A DNA stretch of 61,470 nt, the filler included. It is 3 parts of 3 records of this genome, joined end to end, with 100 filler letters (N's around TTAATTAATTAA, not from the genome) between each part and the next. Parts side by side here need not be neighbours in the genome. Positions count along the whole stretch, not along the records: positions 29,268 to 54,288 come from SRR20825019_1273; positions 54,389 to 61,470 come from SRR20825019_1275; 1 more part is not named here. One strand, given 5' to 3'. The notes under the pieces are model-generated. The model searched no databases, had not been told where the DNA came from, and was given only the letters and a program-made list of their open reading frames with translations. Positions 50,453-61,470 of this stretch are shown here, one piece after another (positions within the stretch are counted from its first letter, which is position 1; each line of letters starts with the position of its first letter). Position numbers and translations under genes: made by a program.

Positions 50453-51523
50453 ATGAGTGAACGCAAAATGCCCGGTCCCGATGAAATTCGCACATTCCGC
50501 AGCAAAAACGCCAATATGCGTGAGCGCGACATCGCTTCAGCCCTCGGCGTTCCCGAGGCAGCGCTTGTTGCCGCGGAAGTCGGCATTTCAGCAACCCGCA
50601 TTGCACCGGACCCTTCGCACCTGCTCGCCCATGCAGAAAGCTTCGGAGAGATCATGGCGCTGTCGCGCAATGAAAATGCAGTGCATGAGAAGATCGGTGT
50701 GTTCGAGAACATTCGCAGCGGTAAGAAATCGGCCATCGTTCTTGGCGAGAACATCGACCTGCGTATATTTCCGGGCCGATGGGCCCATGCATTTGCTGTG
50801 ACCAAGACCGACAAGGATGGCAACGAAAAACTGAGCCTGCAATACTTCGACCAAAGCGGAACCGCCGTATTCAAGCTGCATATGCGCCCGGCGTCCAACT
50901 TGGAAGCCTATCACCGTTTTGTCGAGGAAAACCGCGTTGATGAACAGAGCCGGACGGTGGCCCCGCAGCCGATCGCCGCACATGACACCGAGCATACCCG
51001 CGATTGTGATGCGGTTGATGTCGAACTTCTGCGCGATCGCTGGACCGCACTTACCGACACACATCAGTTCTTCGGCATGCTCAACGACCTGAAAGTGCAT
51101 CGGCGGACCGCAATTGCTTCGGTTGGTGATGACTATGCATCCCGACTCGCCGATGAGGCCATTCCAGCTCTTCTGCATGAAGCGTCCGGATTGTCGGAAC
51201 TTCCCCTGATGGCATTCGTTGCCAATAACGGCATTGTCCAGATTCACGCCGGCCCGATTTCGAAAATCGTTGAAATGGGACCATGGATCAATGTCATGGA
51301 CCCGACTTTCCACCTGCATCTCAGGCGTGACAGGATTGCCGAGACTTGGCTTGTGCGCAAGCCAACGAGCGACGGCCACGTAACGTCGATAGAAGCCTTC
51401 GATGCTGATGGAAACATGATCATCCAGTTCTTCGGAAAGCGCCTCGAAGGCTATGCAGAGCGCCCACTCTGGCGTGAACTGGCCGAAAACCTGCCGCGCC
51501 ACCGCGAAACAGAAGCTGCCTGA
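50453..51523 (+). CDS. hmuS: Hemin-degrading/trafficking protein HmuS
   Basis: RN..AVHEK.G, IDLRIF, DTHQFF, FHLHLR, GHVTSIE.FD. Confidence 0.95.
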   Translation: MSERKMPGPDEIRTFRSKNANMRERDIASALGVPEAALVAAEVGISATRIAPDPSHLLAHAESFGEIMALSRNENAVHEKIGVFENIRSGKKSAIVLGENIDLRIFPGRWAHAFAVTKTDKDGNEKLSLQYFDQSGTAVFKLHMRPASNLEAYHRFVEENRVDEQSRTVAPQPIAAHDTEHTRDCDAVDVELLRDRWTALTDTHQFFGMLNDLKVHRRTAIASVGDDYASRLADEAIPALLHEASGLSELPLMAFVANNGIVQIHAGPISKIVEMGPWINVMDPTFHLHLRRDRIAETWLVRKPTSDGHVTSIEAFDADGNMIIQFFGKRLEGYAERPLWRELAENLPRHRETEAA

Positions 51524-51534
51524 GGTTCACCAGT

Positions 51535-52443
51535 ATGCTCTTGCAAAAAACGCCACATACATCGGGTCACCTCGCCCGTTTTGCAGCCACGGCAGGTCTG
51601 TTTGCGGGCCTGCTGGTGCCGACACTGCTCCCGGCCCGGGACATGGCCCCGCTTGAGGATGCTTCACGACTTGTGACAATCGGCGGTTCGATCACCGAGA
51701 TCGTTTATGCTCTCGGTGCAGGTGATGATCTGGTCGGCCGCGACACCACCAGCACCTTTCCGCCGGAAGCCTCCGCCCTGCCGGATATCGGCTATATGCG
51801 TCAGCTTTCCCCGGAAGGTATTCTCTCTGTAAACCCGTCCGCGATCATCTCGATTGATGGTGCAGGACCACCCGAAACCATCGATGTGCTGGAAAAGGTC
51901 GACGTCGACATGGCCGTTATTCCCGAAACCTATGACCGTGACGGTATTATCAGCAAGGTCGAAACTGTCGGCAATTTACTTGGCAGGCAGGATGAGGCCC
52001 AGACACTCGCCGATGCGATTGCGGCAAAGCTCGATCCTATTCTGGCGACAAACGCAGCCCGTCCCGAAGAAGACCGCAAGCGCGCGATCTTTATCTTAAG
52101 CCTTCGCGGCGGAAAGGTCATGGCATCAGGCACGCAAACAGCTGCCAATGGCGTGATTGAGGCAGCTGGCCTGGTCAACGCCATCGCCGATTTTTCCGGA
52201 TACAAGACCCTGTCAGACGAAGCCGTCATAGAAGCTGCTCCGGATGTGATCCTGATGATGGATGGCGCTGCCGGAAACCATGTGCCGAAAAACGATGAAG
52301 TCTGGGAACAGCCGGCTCTTGCGCTGACACCGGCGGGCGCGGAACATGCTCTTTACCGGATCGACCCGGTCGGCATGATGAACTTCGGTCCGCGTTTTGC
52401 TGTCCACCTTGAAGAGCTGACGCAGCAAATCTACGGAAACTGA
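51535..52443 (+). CDS. hmuT: Hemin ABC transporter substrate-binding protein
   Basis: GGSITEIVYALG, RDTTS, heme Tyr in GYMRQLSPEG, FGPR. Confidence 0.93.
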   Translation: MLLQKTPHTSGHLARFAATAGLFAGLLVPTLLPARDMAPLEDASRLVTIGGSITEIVYALGAGDDLVGRDTTSTFPPEASALPDIGYMRQLSPEGILSVNPSAIISIDGAGPPETIDVLEKVDVDMAVIPETYDRDGIISKVETVGNLLGRQDEAQTLADAIAAKLDPILATNAARPEEDRKRAIFILSLRGGKVMASGTQTAANGVIEAAGLVNAIADFSGYKTLSDEAVIEAAPDVILMMDGAAGNHVPKNDEVWEQPALALTPAGAEHALYRIDPVGMMNFGPRFAVHLEELTQQIYGN

Positions 52444-52450
52444 GGCGGCC

Positions 52451-53551
52451 ATGACCGTGATAGAAGCGCTCACCGAACGCTCGAAAATGATGAACTGGCG
52501 TGAAACCGGAGACCGTTCCCATGTCGCCGGCGTTACCATAGCAGTACTGATGATCGTATCGGTGCTGGCAGTGTTGATCTCTGTTGCAAACGGCGCATCG
52601 AATGCCTCCCTGTTCGACGTGGCTTCTGCACTTCTGACCGGAAATGCCAATGATGCACTTGCAGCACGTGACCGGATCATCGTTTTCGATATCCGTCTGC
52701 CGCGTGCCATCATGGGCTTTCTGGTTGGTGCGTCTCTGGCTGTCTGCGGCACGGCCATGCAGGGCCTCTTCCGCAATCCACTGGCCGATCCAGGCCTTGT
52801 CGGCGTGTCTGCCGGTGCAGGTCTCGGCGCCGTGATCATGATCGTTCTTGGAGGCACGGTTGCTGCCCCCTTTTACAATCTGCTCGGCTTTTACGCCTTG
52901 CCCGCCGCAGCATTCCTGGGCGGACTGGCGACAACGTTGATCCTCTATAACGTCGCCACCCGCCACGGACAGACATCTGTCGCCACGATGCTTCTGGCCG
53001 GTATAGCGCTTTCAGCACTTGCAGGGGCGGCCACCGGTTTCCTTGTTTATCTTGCGAATGACCAACAGCTGCGCGACCTCACTTTCTGGTCTATGGGCTC
53101 GCTTGCCGGAGCGACATGGACGAAAGTCTGGGCGATAGTGCCGATCATGGCTGCCGCATTTCTGGTTTTACCATTCATGGCAAAAGGCCTGAACGCCATC
53201 ACACTGGGCGAGGCAACAGCTTACCACATGGGCATCCCGGTACAGCGGCTGAAAAACGTCACGATCGTCGCCGTTGCCGCGGCCACGGGTGCGGGCGTCG
53301 CAGTTTCAGGTGGCATCGGTTTTGTCGGCATCGTTGTGCCACACCTCCTGAGGCTGGTGATCGGCCCGGACCATCGGTTCCTTCTGCCAGCCTCGGCGCT
53401 GCTGGGAGGTGCCTTGCTGGTTCTCGCAGATCTGTTTGCCCGCACGATCGTTGCACCGGCCGAATTACCGATCGGTATCATTACAGCGGTTGTCGGCGGC
53501 CCGTTTTTCCTCTGGATTCTCCTCAGAAACCGCTCACGCCTCAACTTGTAA
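52451..53551 (+). CDS. hmuU: Hemin ABC transporter permease (FecCD family)
   Basis: IRLPR, QGLFRNPLADP, G.IGFVG.VVPH, ELPIGIITA. Confidence 0.94.
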   Translation: MTVIEALTERSKMMNWRETGDRSHVAGVTIAVLMIVSVLAVLISVANGASNASLFDVASALLTGNANDALAARDRIIVFDIRLPRAIMGFLVGASLAVCGTAMQGLFRNPLADPGLVGVSAGAGLGAVIMIVLGGTVAAPFYNLLGFYALPAAAFLGGLATTLILYNVATRHGQTSVATMLLAGIALSALAGAATGFLVYLANDQQLRDLTFWSMGSLAGATWTKVWAIVPIMAAAFLVLPFMAKGLNAITLGEATAYHMGIPVQRLKNVTIVAVAAATGAGVAVSGGIGFVGIVVPHLLRLVIGPDHRFLLPASALLGGALLVLADLFARTIVAPAELPIGIITAVVGGPFFLWILLRNRSRLNL

Positions 53552-53557
53552 AGTTTC

Positions 53558-54288
53558 ATGATCGAAGCACATCACCTCACAGTGGCGCTTTCCGGCCGCC
53601 AGATACTTGAATCTGTCTCGCTCACAGCGCAACCCGGCTCGCTGACAGCGATCTGCGGGCCAAACGGTTCCGGCAAGACAACGACGCTCAAGGCCATTGC
53701 AGGCGATCTGAAGCCGGAAAGCGGGCACGTGTTCATCAACGGATCGACGCTTTCATCGCTGGCCCCATGGCAGTTGGCCGAAATGCGCGGTGTGCTGCCG
53801 CAGGCATCAAATCTCGCCTTCCCGTTCACCGTCACAGAGGTGTTGCGCATGGGTCTTTCTGGCAGAAACCGAACGAATGCGGCCAAGGATCAGAAAATCA
53901 TGCAAAGCGCACTTTCCGCCGTGGATCTCAACGGCTTTGAAGGCCGCTTTTATCAGGAGCTTTCCGGCGGGGAGCAACAGCGTGTGCAACTGGCTCGCGT
54001 GCTTTGCCAGATCGAGGCACCGGTTCACGAGGGAAAGCCCCGCTGGCTGCTTCTGGACGAGCCGGTTTCCAGCCTCGATATCCTGCATCAACTCGCAATC
54101 ATGCGTCTGGCGCGGGATTTCTGCAAAGCAGGCGGCGGCGTGATAGCCGTCATGCACGACCTGAACCTCACCGCCCTTTTTGCCGATCATATGGTGCTGA
54201 TGAAAAGCGGCTCCGTCTCGGCATCCGGTGCACCGAAAGATGTGCTGACCGATGACATTCTTTACCGGGTTTTCGGCGCCCGACTCTC
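53558..54288 (+). CDS. hmuV: Hemin ABC transporter ATPase, truncated by contig end
   Basis: GPNGSGKT, LSGGEQQRVQLAR, LLLDEP, HDLNL. Confidence 0.94.
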
Positions 54289-54388
54289 NNNNNNNNNNNN
54301 NNNNNNNNNNNNNNNNNNNNNNNNNNNNNNNNTTAATTAATTAANNNNNNNNNNNNNNNNNNNNNNNNNNNNNNNNNNNNNNNNNNNN
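54289..54388. other. Artificial contig-joining spacer
   Basis: 44 N + TTAATTAATTAA (54333-54344) + 44 N, identical to the first spacer. Confidence 0.98.
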
Positions 54389-54572
54389 TGTCATCGACAT
54401 TGACCTTGGCGATCTTGACCTTGCCGTCCATTTCCGCGGCGATTTCTTCCAGGCTCGGACCGATCATCCGGCACGGACCGCACCATTCGGCCCAGAAATC
54501 GACCACGACGGGTTGGGCGGATTCAAGCACTTCCTGCTTGAAATTGGCTGTAGTGACCTTGACTGTCGTCAT
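54389..54572 (-). CDS. trxA: Thioredoxin, 5' part (truncated by contig end)
   Basis: [13 protein letters not shown]; downstream of addA, the usual alphaproteobacterial position. Confidence 0.95.
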
Positions 54573-54636
54573 TTGAAAGCTCCTTGCATTGCCGAAAGCA
54601 CCCGGAGACCGGCTTCTTTCGCAAATCTTGGCGTTC

Positions 54637-54664
54637 ATGTGAGCATGGTTTGAGAAAAAATCAA
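54637..54664 (-). promoter_or_regulatory. Candidate RpoH-type promoter of trxA
   Basis: Minus strand TTGA-N17-CTCACAT. Confidence 0.35.
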
Positions 54665-54675
54665 TGCTGCCGCTT

Positions 54676-57600
54676 TCACTTTGTCGCAAGCGCCCCAAGG
54701 GCTCCGGCCAGCTCCCCGTCCGTCAGCACCCGCACCGCCGCCGTCTCGGTGTAGATCAGCAGGCAATCGATCGCGCTTTCCGGGTAGAGCGGCTTCAGAA
54801 TTTCGCGGTAGACCGCCATCTGCGCCACATGGCTGAAGGGCGGCGCCTCGCCCTCGCCCGGCGGGTTGCGGTTGGTCTTGAAATCGGCGAGCAGCACACG
54901 GTCGCCTTCAACCGCCAGCCGGTCGAGCCGGCCGGAAACGGTATAGGCCCCGCCGGCAAGCCGGACGGTCCCGGCAATCGAGACCTCCGGACGCGCCGTG
55001 GGTGCAAACAACGGCCGCAACCGGGGATCGCCGATCACCGCCATCACGCTTTTCGCAATCGCCGCGCGCTCCTCATCCGGCAGCAAAAAGGCGGCGCGGT
55101 CGAGATAGCGCCGGCAGGCGGCGTCGCGGTCATCGGTCTCGAACCCCGGCAGGATCTGCAACAGCCGGTGCACCAGCCGGCCGCGTTCGAGCGCCAGATT
55201 GATCTCCGGCTTTTCGAACAACGGCGAGGCCGTCATCGGCGCGGGGTCTTCGACCTCGATCCCGGCGCGTGACGGGCTGAGCGGCGGCTGCGGACGGGCG
55301 GCCTCGCGAAACGGCGACAGCAGCGCTTCGGGCAGCGGCGGCTTTTCCGAGGCCGCCTTTCCGGCCATGGCCTCATCGAACCGGCGCGGCGGAATGTTTT
55401 CCTCGAAGATCAGCGCCGGCCATTCCTCGCCGCCCGGACCGGCCATCACGGTTTCGCTCGTGCGCTGATCGCCTGAAAGCGCGGACCAGACGATCCGGTG
55501 CCAGGTATCGGGCACCTCGGTCCGGCCGCGATAGCCGGCCACGATCAGCCGGTCGGCGGCGCGCGTCATGCCGACATAGAGCAGCCGGCGATATTCTTCC
55601 TTCGCCTCTGCCTCGCGGCGGGCGAGATCGGCGGAAACCAGACTGTCGGCATCGCGCCCGCTGCCGTGCCAGACCGGCACATCGCCCGCCATAACCCGGA
55701 AGCCCGAAAGATTGCGGGTCTCGAACGGCTTGCCGCCGCCATCGACCAGAAACACCACCGGCGCCTCCAGCCCCTTGGCGGCATGGGCGGTCATGATCCG
55801 CACCTCGTTGCGACCCTGATCCTGCTCGCGCTTGATCTCCAGCCCGCCGGTCTCCAGCATGTCGAGGAAGCTTTGCAGGCCCGGCAGACCGTTATCCTCG
55901 TGGCCCTTGGCGGCATTGAGGAACTCATCGAGAATATCGCCGGCCTCGCTGCCGAGCCGTGCGAGAAAGGCGCGCCTGCCGCGCTCGCGCGCCAGAATAC
56001 CGGCATAGAAATCAAATGCCGTGCGCCTTCGCGCGGCGCTGACGACCCGTTCCAGTATCTCGACTGCGGCGGAGAGCGTTTCATCGCCCGCACCCGCAAG
56101 CCGCCGGAGCGCCGACCAGACGTGTTCGCCCGGTTTGCGCAGCGCCGCCACGGCGAACAGATCGTCTTCCGAAAGCGAAAGCAGCGGGCTCTTGAACAAT
56201 GCTGAAAGCGAAAGATCGTCCTCCGGCAAAACGGCAAAACGGCCAAGCGCGATCAGGTCCTTGACCGCGATATGATCGGCCAGCCGCAACCGGTCGGCGC
56301 CGGCGACGGGAATGTCGTAGGGCGATTTCAGCGCCCGCGTCAGCGCATTGACGAAGGCATCGCGCTTCCTGACCAGAACCAGAATGTCGCCGGCCCTGAC
56401 CGTGCGGTTGACATCGCCATCGACCAGCGTCTCGGTTCCGACCATGGCGGCGATGCGGTGGGCGATCCGCCGGGCGAGGATCGCCGCCGGCGCTTCGTCG
56501 GGCGTGGCGTCGAAGGGCGCGGTCCAGTCGTCGGTCTCGATGATGTCGGCAGGCGCGATCACATCCCACGCCTCGACGCGGCCCGGATGCCCGATGCGGT
56601 TGGAGATGTGAGAGGTGGCTTCATCTTCCGCCGAAAGCCCCTTGCGGTTTTCCGGCACCGAGAACACAAGATCGACCGCCGAAAGCACCGCGGCGGTCGA
56701 GCGGAACGACAGCGGCAGGCCGATCCGGACGAAGTCGGCATCGATGGCCAAGACCCGCCGCTCGGTCATCCGGCCCTCGGCGGCAAAACGTTCCGGCCGC
56801 GCGCCCTGAAACGAATAGATCGACTGCTTCTCGTCGCCGACGGCAAACATGGTGCGTTTTCCCGGCCGCGCGCCGGCGCCGGAAAAGAAATCCTCGCTCA
56901 GCGCCCTGACCACATCCCATTGCAAAGGGGCCGTATCCTGCGCCTCGTCGACCAGAATATGGTCGATGCCCTGATCGAGCTTGTAGTGGATCCACTGGCC
57001 GGAATCGGGACGGGTCAGAAGGCCCGCCGCATGAGCGATCAGATCCTCGAAATCGAGTTTGCCGCGCCGCCGTTTCAGCTCCTCGTAACGCCGGTCGAGC
57101 CGGTCTGCGAGGATCAGGGCTGCCAGCGTCTTTTCGAATATCCGATAGCGGGCGAGCCGGTCGCGCACCGCAACCACATGTTCGGCCGAGGCCATCACAG
57201 CGCCACCAAGTTCGGGGGCCTTGTCGCGCAGGCTCTTGAACACCAGCGTCCGCTCCGCCTTCGGAACGCCGGCCTTGGTCAGAAACGCCTCCTCGATATG
57301 GCCGAAGCGGGTGATCGCATCATCGGCCGAAAGCGCTACCGCAAGGGTGTCGGCAAACTGTCCGGACCGGCTGCCGCCATCGGCGCGCGCGATCGCGATC
57401 AATGCCGAAAAATCCCCCTCGCCAAGATCCGGCAGCGGCCAGGCTTCGCCGGCAATCGTCTCCGGCGCGGCATCGGCCTCGAACCCATAGGCCGCGCGCA
57501 AGGCCTCCCCGAGCCGCCCGCGGGCAGACTCCAGAAACGGGCGGATTGCGTGGCGATTGCGCACGATCTCGCCGAGCAGCTTTTCAAGTCCGCTGTCATC

Positions 57601-58197
57601 GGCGATATCGAGAACGGTCTGAAACGCCCGCGACAGATCCGGGTCGTCGCGGCTGGCGGTCGCCGTCAGCAGGCCGAGCCGGGCATCGGCCAGAAGCGTG
57701 GCGGCGGCGGTGTCGTCCAGCACCGAAAAATGGCCGGCGACATTGGCCTCCAGCGGAAACCGGTGCAGCAGGCTTTCGCAAAAGGCGTGGATGGTCTGGA
57801 TCTTCAGCCCGCCCGGCGTTTCCAGCGCATGGGCGAACAGCCGCCGCGCCATCGCGATCTTCAGCGCATCCGGCCGCGCGCCCTCGATCCCGGCGATCTC
57901 GGCGGCAAGGGCCGCTTCCGGCAACACCGCCCATTCGGCGAGCCGCCTGAACACCCGGTTCGACATTTCGGACGCCGCCGCCTTGGTATAGGTCAGGCAC
58001 AGGATCGCCGAGGGCCTTGCCCCCGCCAGCAGCAGCCGCACGACCCGCTGGGTCAGCACATGGGTCTTGCCCGAGCCGGCATTGGCCGACACCCAGACGG
58101 AACGGGCCGGATCGGAGGCGAGCCGCTGGCGGCCCGTGGTCCAGGACAGCCAGGTTTCTGCATCGGCATCATGGGCGGGGCCGCTCTCAATCGTCAT
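54676..58197 (-). CDS. addA: Double-strand break repair helicase/nuclease AddA; alternative start 58215
   Basis: [45 protein letters not shown], nuclease GRLDRL...DFKT. Confidence 0.96.
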   Translation of the reverse strand: MTIESGPAHDADAETWLSWTTGRQRLASDPARSVWVSANAGSGKTHVLTQRVVRLLLAGARPSAILCLTYTKAAASEMSNRVFRRLAEWAVLPEAALAAEIAGIEGARPDALKIAMARRLFAHALETPGGLKIQTIHAFCESLLHRFPLEANVAGHFSVLDDTAAATLLADARLGLLTATASRDDPDLSRAFQTVLDIADDSGLEKLLGEIVRNRHAIRPFLESARGRLGEALRAAYGFEADAAPETIAGEAWPLPDLGEGDFSALIAIARADGGSRSGQFADTLAVALSADDAITRFGHIEEAFLTKAGVPKAERTLVFKSLRDKAPELGGAVMASAEHVVAVRDRLARYRIFEKTLAALILADRLDRRYEELKRRRGKLDFEDLIAHAAGLLTRPDSGQWIHYKLDQGIDHILVDEAQDTAPLQWDVVRALSEDFFSGAGARPGKRTMFAVGDEKQSIYSFQGARPERFAAEGRMTERRVLAIDADFVRIGLPLSFRSTAAVLSAVDLVFSVPENRKGLSAEDEATSHISNRIGHPGRVEAWDVIAPADIIETDDWTAPFDATPDEAPAAILARRIAHRIAAMVGTETLVDGDVNRTVRAGDILVLVRKRDAFVNALTRALKSPYDIPVAGADRLRLADHIAVKDLIALGRFAVLPEDDLSLSALFKSPLLSLSEDDLFAVAALRKPGEHVWSALRRLAGAGDETLSAAVEILERVVSAARRRTAFDFYAGILARERGRRAFLARLGSEAGDILDEFLNAAKGHEDNGLPGLQSFLDMLETGGLEIKREQDQGRNEVRIMTAHAAKGLEAPVVFLVDGGGKPFETRNLSGFRVMAGDVPVWHGSGRDADSLVSADLARREAEAKEEYRRLLYVGMTRAADRLIVAGYRGRTEVPDTWHRIVWSALSGDQRTSETVMAGPGGEEWPALIFEENIPPRRFDEAMAGKAASEKPPLPEALLSPFREAARPQPPLSPSRAGIEVEDPAPMTASPLFEKPEINLALERGRLVHRLLQILPGFETDDRDAACRRYLDRAAFLLPDEERAAIAKSVMAVIGDPRLRPLFAPTARPEVSIAGTVRLAGGAYTVSGRLDRLAVEGDRVLLADFKTNRNPPGEGEAPPFSHVAQMAVYREILKPLYPESAIDCLLIYTETAAVRVLTDGELAGALGALATK

Positions 58198-61100
58198 CGC
58201 CGCCCTCCCCGTCATCGGCGGTCGACCATTCGGCGACGCGGGCCAGATGATCGTATTCGCCGGAAAAATCGCGCGCGCTCGCCGGCACCAGCCGCGAGGC
58301 GAACGGCCGCTCGCCGGATTTCAGCGCGATCACGAAGCGCATGAATTCCCTGAGCGCATCCGTGGCAAGCGTCTCGGCGGTGATCGCCGCTTCCTTGCCG
58401 GTCTCCGCCTTTTCGAGCATTTCGCTGATAAACCGGTGGGCCGGGCGCAGCCGGACATATTGCAGGCTCGTCGCTTCCATCGGCGCGACGTTCTTGAAGC
58501 CCCCCGCTGCCAGCGCTGCCGCCTCCAGCGGCAATTGCGGATCGAGCAGGGTGCGGGCCTGTTTTAAGGATGGCGACGAGCCGGTCTTGTAATCGATGAT
58601 CTCGGCCCCGCCACCTGAAAGCATGTCGATCCGGTCGGCGATGCCGGTGAGCCGCACGCCCGCCAGCGGAATATCGAACCCTGCCGCAACCTCCGTCAGC
58701 GATTGCTCGATCGGCATCAGCGCCCGCCGGCGCATCTCGAAGACCAGGAACTCGTCGGCGACCGAGCGCAGGCGCGGCACCCAGCTTACCGCGAGATGCG
58801 GCGCAAGCGCGGCGTCGAACAGCAGCCCCGCGATGATCTCGTCCATCACCGCCCGGCCCTCGTCGCTGTCCGGCTTTGCCCCGGACTTGACGAAACGCTC
58901 GGCCAGCGCGTGGTAGAGAATGCCGCGCTCCTTGACGCCCGGATCGGCGTTGAAAGGCGAGAGCGGATCGAGCTTCAGCACCTTCTGGGCATAGACCGCA
59001 TAAGGGTCACGCCTCAGCCTGCCGATCTCGGAGAACGAATAGCGCTCGGGCTGGCGGTCCGCCGGCGGATAGGGCGCCGGGCGGCCGGGGATCGGCTGGC
59101 GCGGGGCGGCATCCAGCTCTCCGGCCCAGTCGCGATAGACCGCGCCGCGACGGCCGAGATCGGCGGCAAGGCCCGGCCCGCCAAAGGCCAGCAGCCGTTG
59201 CAGCCAGCGGCTGGCGACCGTCGGCGCGGTGCCCTGACGCAACGCCCGCGAAATCACCAGACGCGGCGCGCCCGCCGCCATCCAGAAATCGTGAGCAAGC
59301 TGGCCGACCCGTTTTTCCGGCGGCTCCAGCCCGATCTCGGCCTTCATGCCGCGCGACAGGAACGGATTGTTTTTCGGCTGGGTCGGCCACACGCCCTCGT
59401 TCATACCGCCGAGCACGATCGTGTCCATCTGCTGCAGCCGGGCCTCGACCGCACCGAAAATGAACACGCGCGGATTGCCCATCTGGCGCGGTTTCACCGC
59501 CTCGGAGGCGGAAAGCGCCGCGACGATCTCGATCCATTGCGGCCCGTCGGCCTCGATCGGCGTCGAAGACCCCATGATTTCGGAAAGCACCGCGGCAAGG
59601 CGCTCGCCCGCCTCCCCGCTCCACAGCGCCGCCAGATCGTCGGTCGCATCGCGGGCCACCGCCTCCAGCGCCCTGCCGGTGCGCGCCGCCCAATCGGCAA
59701 GCGTCAGACTTTCGGTGATCGGCGCCCGGTCCGGCCCGCGCGCCACATGGGTTTCGATCAGCGGCGAGAGCGCGGCATCGATGCGCCGGGCAAGATCGCG
59801 GGCATCCTCGCCTGCGGTTTTCGGCAGCGCCATGCGCCAGCGCGGCGGATGCCGGTCATCCTTCTGCTTCTCCAGCGCATCATCGACAAAACCCTCCAAC
59901 TGGCCGAGCGCGACCGGCCGCGTGCCACCCCTGAGCGCCAGCAGCTCGAAGGCCGCACTTGCACCACGCATGGCGCGCGCCGACAGGCCGAAACGGGCCA
60001 GCGGATGCTTCAACAGCGCGGCAAGGGTCGCCGGATCGCCGGGCTTCAGCGCCGCCTCCAGCATCAGCGCCAAAAGCGTGCCCTGTCCGGTAGCTGCAAG
60101 CGGGGTACCGGCGGAATCATCCGCCTCGATCTGAAACCGCCCGAGTTCTGCCGCCACCCGCCGGGCGAGGTCGCGGTCGGGCGTGATCAACGCTGCGCGC
60201 GCCGGCCTGCCGTCGTCCGTTTCCTGTTCCAGCGCCAGCCTGAGGGCAATGGCGACCGCGACCGCTTCCTGTCGCTCATTGGCCGCTTCGACCAACGCGA
60301 CATCGGCAAAGCCGCGCGCGATATCGGCGGGCGCGATCGCTTCGCGCCACGCCTCCCAGCGATCGGTCGCCTCGGCGGGCGCGAAGGCGGCTGCGAGCAC
60401 CGCGTGCCGCGCGGCCAGGTCGGGTTCCGGCGTCTCCGGCGTCGCGAAATCGTCTCGGGTAAGGCCGAGACGCGCGACCAGCCGCGCCATTTCATATTGC
60501 GGATGGCTGCGGATCGAGGGGTCGGGCATGGCCGGATTGACGTCGGGGGCCGTCAGCGCCTGAAAGTCCGCCTCCGGCATGACGGTATCGAGGCCCGGAA
60601 GCACGATCACGCCGTTTGTCATCGCCGCCGCCGCCGCGATCAGTTCGGCCACCGCCGGCACGGAGCCGGTCGAGCCGGCGATGATGACCGGTGACGAAAG
60701 GGTGCCGAGCCGCTCCGCCTCGCCGGCAAGCAACCCATTGCGGTGGGCGACGGCGGAAGAACGGCCAAGCTCGTCGAGCCGGCCCGGCCAGTAGATCGCC
60801 GCGATGCCGAGAAATTCGGCGGTCAACTGCCACCAGACGGCATAATTGTCCTGCTCCAGCGCCGAAAGCCGGTCCCAGTCGACGCCTTCAGTCTCCATCG
60901 CGTCGATCAGTTCGGCAAGGTCGCGGGCAAGCCAGACCGCATCCGCCGGGCTTGCCGGGGCCACCAGCGGCGAGCCGCCATGAAGGCCGGCAAGCTCATC
61001 GGAAAGCCGGTTGCGCCAGGGCAGGATCAGCCCGGCCAGCTCCAGCAGGCGCGGCACCGGCTCGATCGGCGGCAGCGCTTCCGCCGCCTCCGGCAGGCTT

Positions 61101-61378
61101 TCGCCCAAAAACCCCTCATCCTCGTCGACTTCGCCCAATGCGCGGATTTCCGGCAGGATCGCCGCCTCGCCGCCGAGCCGGGCGGCGAATGATGCCCGCA
61201 GTTCGCGAACCGCGCGGCGCGTGGGTAGGAATATTTTCACATCGGCGAGCGCCAGCGGGTTTTGGGGATCATGACGGAATTGATCCGTCAACCTGCCATC
61301 GAGCAGGCTGGCGGCAAGGCTGTCCAGAAACGCAACGCCCGGCGGTATCGTCCACAATCTCCCCCGCCCTTGCGCCAC
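58187..61378 (-). CDS. addB: Double-strand break repair protein AddB
   Basis: FLPTRRA, AGSTGS.PA, ITPDR.LARRV, GMNEG.WP, RDPY, nuclease GIADRID...IIDYKTG; GTG start. Confidence 0.95.
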   Translation of the reverse strand: MAQGRGRLWTIPPGVAFLDSLAASLLDGRLTDQFRHDPQNPLALADVKIFLPTRRAVRELRASFAARLGGEAAILPEIRALGEVDEDEGFLGESLPEAAEALPPIEPVPRLLELAGLILPWRNRLSDELAGLHGGSPLVAPASPADAVWLARDLAELIDAMETEGVDWDRLSALEQDNYAVWWQLTAEFLGIAAIYWPGRLDELGRSSAVAHRNGLLAGEAERLGTLSSPVIIAGSTGSVPAVAELIAAAAAMTNGVIVLPGLDTVMPEADFQALTAPDVNPAMPDPSIRSHPQYEMARLVARLGLTRDDFATPETPEPDLAARHAVLAAAFAPAEATDRWEAWREAIAPADIARGFADVALVEAANERQEAVAVAIALRLALEQETDDGRPARAALITPDRDLARRVAAELGRFQIEADDSAGTPLAATGQGTLLALMLEAALKPGDPATLAALLKHPLARFGLSARAMRGASAAFELLALRGGTRPVALGQLEGFVDDALEKQKDDRHPPRWRMALPKTAGEDARDLARRIDAALSPLIETHVARGPDRAPITESLTLADWAARTGRALEAVARDATDDLAALWSGEAGERLAAVLSEIMGSSTPIEADGPQWIEIVAALSASEAVKPRQMGNPRVFIFGAVEARLQQMDTIVLGGMNEGVWPTQPKNNPFLSRGMKAEIGLEPPEKRVGQLAHDFWMAAGAPRLVISRALRQGTAPTVASRWLQRLLAFGGPGLAADLGRRGAVYRDWAGELDAAPRQPIPGRPAPYPPADRQPERYSFSEIGRLRRDPYAVYAQKVLKLDPLSPFNADPGVKERGILYHALAERFVKSGAKPDSDEGRAVMDEIIAGLLFDAALAPHLAVSWVPRLRSVADEFLVFEMRRRALMPIEQSLTEVAAGFDIPLAGVRLTGIADRIDMLSGGGAEIIDYKTGSSPSLKQARTLLDPQLPLEAAALAAGGFKNVAPMEATSLQYVRLRPAHRFISEMLEKAETGKEAAITAETLATDALREFMRFVIALKSGERPFASRLVPASARDFSGEYDHLARVAEWSTADDGEGGDDD

Positions 61379-61442
61379 GTCTTCGCTCCCTGCTTCGCTT
61401 TTCAGGTTTTACGAAGCATGGTGCCGGGACGCAAGCGCCGTT

Positions 61443-61470
61443 CCCTCATCCGGCCTTCGGCCACCTTCTC
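61443..61470. repeat. Partial rhizobial REP/RIME-like intergenic repeat, cut by window end
   Basis: CCCTCATCCGGCCTTCGGCCACCTTCTC resembles the CCCTCATCC...CACCTTCTCCC palindromic repeat common in Rhizobiales; recognised from memory, only one copy here. Confidence 0.6.

Noticed and set aside
56272..60694. Very long plus-strand ORFs (56272-58344, 690 aa; 58703-60694, 663 aa)
   Set aside because: Antisense shadows of GC-rich addA and addB; Arg/Gly/Pro-rich with no recognisable motifs.

Overview
The window is not one locus. It is three unrelated alphaproteobacterial contig fragments joined by two identical artificial 100-nt spacers (N44-TTAATTAATTAA-N44 at 29168-29267 and 54289-54388). Segment 1 (1-29167) is a patchwork of core genes (uvrB 3' end, gshA, rsmE, ubiA, ppa, scoAB) and many small accessory or detoxification genes: IorAB-type molybdoenzyme, cysteine dioxygenase, AidB, Kef-type antiporter, AraC/DUF2306, two serine hydrolases, a truncated globin, tandem GSTs with YciI, and two orphans. 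Segment 2 (29268-54288) has Rhizobiaceae-type gene order: glgP-glgB-glgC-glgA-pgm-glgX, soxB-[hydrolase]-soxD-soxA-soxG, rpsU, a TPR lipoprotein, tonB and hmuPSTUV. Segment 3 (54389-61470) is visibly more GC-rich and carries addB-addA-trxA. I found no rRNA, tRNA, CRISPR array, integrase or transposase, and no obvious large novel multi-gene system. The best leads are small. (1) An epoxide-hydrolase-like gene sits inside the sarcosine oxidase operon, bounded exactly by an 8-bp direct repeat that contains the start codons. (2) The same TATATC-N5-GATATA palindrome lies exactly 42 nt upstream of two unlinked envelope genes, suggesting a regulon. (3) An orphan protein has a 9-Cys tail. (4) A tandem GST-GST-YciI operon has a CTGACA-N5-TGTCAG operator. 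(5) Long leader hairpins abut two ribosome-binding sites. All product calls come from motif recognition by eye; no searches were run.
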